From Candidatus Parcubacteria bacterium (lineage in GTDB: Bacteria; Patescibacteriota; Saccharimonadia; Saccharimonadales; 2-12-FULL-41-12): 60,485 bases of DNA. Where the stretch lies: positions 1-60,485 of the forward strand of contig JAHWKM010000005.1 of NCBI GenBank assembly GCA_019347895.1, written 5' to 3'. The stretch's first letter is position 1; each line of letters opens with the position of its first letter. Positions 57,879-60,485 of this stretch are shown in pieces. A program made the translations under genes and the position numbers. A model generated the notes under the pieces. That model made no database searches. It was not told the origin of the DNA and worked only from the letters and a program-made list of their open reading frames with translations.

Positions 57879-60485
57879 TTATAGCGAGCCTAAGCTACCC
57901 GTTATTACCCAGTTAGCGCCGTCACTGGTAATCTGCCGAGTTGTCCACTGCGTACCTATGGCGGTGGTGGCATTGCCGTCAATGGTTTCAGTACCGTCCG
58001 GGTCCATTGTTACGGTATTCAAACTGGAATCAATCTTTTTAATGGTGTAGGTGCGGCCATTGATACCAACAGCTGACGGCAAGCTAATGACAATCGAGCC
58101 ACCCCCTGCATCACCTAAGATAACCGAGTCGGAGGCGGTAGCGGTGTAGTTGGCGGTTTTGGTGGTAATGGCGGTGGTGATGTTGGCTGCGATAAAGCTG
58201 TCGTCAGTCTTCAGCGTGTTGGCCGCACTGCGGTAGAGGTTGGTGTCGGTACCAAAGTACAGGCCGCCGCTGGCAGTTGTAGTGTCGGTACCGACCGTCA
58301 GGATGCCGTTGGCAGGCACGGCGGCCGGACCGACGGCCAGGCGCTGATTGGTGGTGTCGGCTACCAGCAGGTTCTGTCCGGCGGCATTCTGGATATGGAA
58401 AGCGGTAGAGGAGTCGGAACGGTTTTTGAAGATAGCCTCGCCGTTGTTGTTGATTTGAAAGTTAGTACTGTAATCTGTGGTATTTAGAAACTTAAAGGAA
58501 TCAGACTGTACCTGAATGTCTCCTCCGGCGTTGTAATTGCCCAGCTGGATAGAGCTTGTGCCTGAAAGGTATTTTAAGGTGGCGTTGCCAGTACTGCCAT
58601 CAAGAGTAAGTGTCTTATCGGCGCTTAGATTGATATCAGCATTGGCTATAATTTTTCCATCATTAGTGTTTACGCTAAGCAAATTAGTCCCTGCGGCGTT
58701 TTGGACTTGGAAGGCAGTGGCGGAGTTTGTGGCAGTTTGGATACTAAAACTATCATCCGTCTTCAGCACGTTGGCGGCCGAGCGGTAGAGGTTGGTGTCG
58801 GTGCCAAACGTAATACCTCCGGCAGCGGCGGTGTCAGTATCTGCGCCGATATTTATTCTGGAAATCGTCTGGCTGCTGCCAACTTGCAGCTTGCCTTCGA
58901 TAAGGTTCTTGGCAGTCGCACCAGCCGAGAAAAGATTATAGCTATTGGAAGAGCCGACACCTGACTGGTCTTGGATGTAGAGGCCGTAGTTATTGGTGAA
59001 AGTACCACCACCGGAATTAGACGCGGATTGGATGTGTACGCCGTACCCGTCGGTGATGGTTCCGGTGCCAGCGTTCCCTACTATCGCGTTAACGCCTTTT
59101 GCGCTCGTAATAGTTCCGCTACTAGAGTTATAGATAAAATTATTTGATCCTTTGGCGTCAGTTACCGTACCGCTAGATACGTTTTGAGCCGTGAGAAAAG
59201 CACCGCTCAAAAAATCGACACTGCCGGTTCCCCGATGAGTGCCGCCAATGTTGGCGCCTTCCAGAACATAAAAGTTTTGAATATTACCACTTTGGGAGTT
59301 GGCTAAAAGCTGGGCGCCACGGAAGCTTGAGCTAGAAGCGGCAGCCGGGTTACCAGTAATACTGCTGTAGATAGCTTCCCTACCGCCGCCTGCCGTATCG
59401 GTGCGAGTTTCTTCAATGTTAACGGTTGTAGTGCTAAATATATTGGCTGTTGGGCCAAAGGCTGCCCGGCCGGCTACATCAAGATTACCTGCGAAGTTTG
59501 AAGTACCCGTCCCCTGCACCGTCAGATTGGAGCCGGTACCGTTGAGAACAAAGCTGTCATCGGTCTGCAGGGTGTCGGCGGCAGAGCGGTATAAGTTGGT
59601 GTCGGTAGCTGCCGTGCCGTCTCCAAACAGCAGTGCTCCGTCTTGGCGCAGCACGAAGCGGTTAAAGGCGTCGCCACTGACACCGGCACTGAGCGCGCTG
59701 TCGGTGGCGCTGCTCCGGCTAATGTTGAACTGGTCGTTGGTGGCGAGCATATCCGCGCCTCCGCGGAACAATACGGTATCCACTACACCTGCACCATCAC
59801 CCCACCAGTGATTACCATTGCCCTGGATGTAGAAACTAAGCTGGGGGTTTGTGCTGTTGTATGTACTAAATGCAATGTCGGCGGCGTTCCCCCGGTAGAC
59901 GCGGAATTGATCGTCGGTCTGCAGCAGATTAGCCGCTGAACGGTACAGATTCGTATCTGTACCAAAGTACAGGCCGCCAGCCGCTGTAGTGGTGTCTGTG
60001 CCGACAGTAAGAACACCGCCTGCCGGTACGGCAGCCAATCCTACGGCCAGGCGCTGGTTGGTAGTGTCGACTACCAGCAGGTTGCTCCCCGCCGCATTCT
60101 GTACCCGGAAGGCGGTGGTGGAATCAGTGGTGTTCTTGAACAGCCCGCTGCCATTAACCGTCAGATCACCTCCCGTAGTGTTGGTGGTGTTAGGAGTATA
60201 GGCACTGGTGGCCTGTCCGGTGTCGTTGATGGTGGTGGCGGTGACGCTGGTAGCCAGTGAAGTACTGGTAGTACCTTTTAAGACATCGTAGCTGGTGGCG
60301 TTAGCTACGGCTGTCCAGGAGATGGTGTTGTAGTTGGTGGCATCAAGGATGGCGTTGCCGGTGCTAGTGGTACCGGCCGGTCCGGGGATGGTAGCGCCGT
60401 TGGCGTTTTTAGCCACAATGAAGTAGTCGTAGGTAGTAGAGCCGATAGTACCAACGTTGGTAACCGTAGGAGCAGACGGAGTAGC
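57879..60485 (-). CDS. Large repeat-rich surface/fibre-like protein, partial (5' end beyond window)
   Basis: Frame is open to the window edge; rich in G/T/S/N/A; repeated DTNLYRSAAxxLxTDD and STTAFxVQNAAG modules. Confidence 0.75.
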   Translation of the reverse strand, partial: ATPSAPTVTNVGTIGSTTYDYFIVAKNANGATIPGPAGTTSTGNAILDATNYNTISWTAVANATSYDVLKGTTSTSLATSVTATTINDTGQATSAYTPNTTNTTGGDLTVNGSGLFKNTTDSTTAFRVQNAAGSNLLVVDTTNQRLAVGLAAVPAGGVLTVGTDTTTAAGGLYFGTDTNLYRSAANLLQTDDQFRVYRGNAADIAFSTYNSTNPQLSFYIQGNGNHWWGDGAGVVDTVLFRGGADMLATNDQFNISRSSATDSALSAGVSGDAFNRFVLRQDGALLFGDGTAATDTNLYRSAADTLQTDDSFVLNGTGSNLTVQGTGTSNFAGNLDVAGRAAFGPTANIFSTTTVNIEETRTDTAGGGREAIYSSITGNPAAASSSSFRGAQLLANSQSGNIQNFYVLEGANIGGTHRGTGSVDFLSGAFLTAQNVSSGTVTDAKGSNNFIYNSSSGTITSAKGVNAIVGNAGTGTITDGYGVHIQSASNSGGGTFTNNYGLYIQDQSGVGSSNSYNLFSAGATAKNLIEGKLQVGSSQTISRINIGADTDTAAAGGITFGTDTNLYRSAANVLKTDDSFSIQTATNSATAFQVQNAAGTNLLSVNTNDGKIIANADINLSADKTLTLDGSTGNATLKYLSGTSSIQLGNYNAGGDIQVQSDSFKFLNTTDYSTNFQINNNGEAIFKNRSDSSTAFHIQNAAGQNLLVADTTNQRLAVGPAAVPANGILTVGTDTTTASGGLYFGTDTNLYRSAANTLKTDDSFIAANITTAITTKTANYTATASDSVILGDAGGGSIVISLPSAVGINGRTYTIKKIDSSLNTVTMDPDGTETIDGNATTAIGTQWTTRQITSDGANWVITGSLGSL

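Noticed and set aside
57879-60485. Diversity-generating retroelement TR/VR pair in the fibre gene repeats
   Set aside because: Repeat copies are in-frame coding modules differing at all base types rather than only adenines, and no reverse transcriptase is present in the window.
1-60485. Alternative genetic code (UGA=Gly, as in Gracilibacteria/Absconditabacteria)
   Set aside because: RF2 is present and conserved genes such as ftsE and prfA end at TGA at expected lengths.

Overview
This is a gene-dense, mostly minus-strand chromosomal segment from a small-genome bacterium using genetic code 11. Gene content and style point to Patescibacteria/CPR, probably Saccharibacteria-like (inference). It carries translation and housekeeping genes (glyQS, recO, xseAB, rpmA, pyrG, ftsEX, prfB, secA, gpmA, eno, hpf, serS, rsmE, msrA, class I lysS, greA, proS, rseP, frr, tsf, rpsB, rpmE2, prfA, prmC, htrA, lepB, parAB). 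It also has amino-acid genes unusual for CPR (tyrA-pheA-ilvE, a divergent proB, gdhA), a decayed RAYT/Y1 transposase with inverted REP-like flanks, and the 3' part of a giant repeat-rich fibre-like gene. I recognised no rRNA, tRNA or CRISPR array. The most notable unannotated signals are: (1) a complete Pro-codon leader-peptide attenuator upstream of proB-proS; (2) two families of dispersed, covarying nested-palindrome elements, one of which sits inside operons and keeps a stop-to-start bridging ORF; (3) REP-like palindromes and 7-bp repeats inside methyltransferase coding regions; (4) a heliorhodopsin-like protein without the retinal lysine; (5) a pseudo two-component pair with His->Arg and Asp->Glu. 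All family assignments come from motif recognition by eye; no database searches were run.
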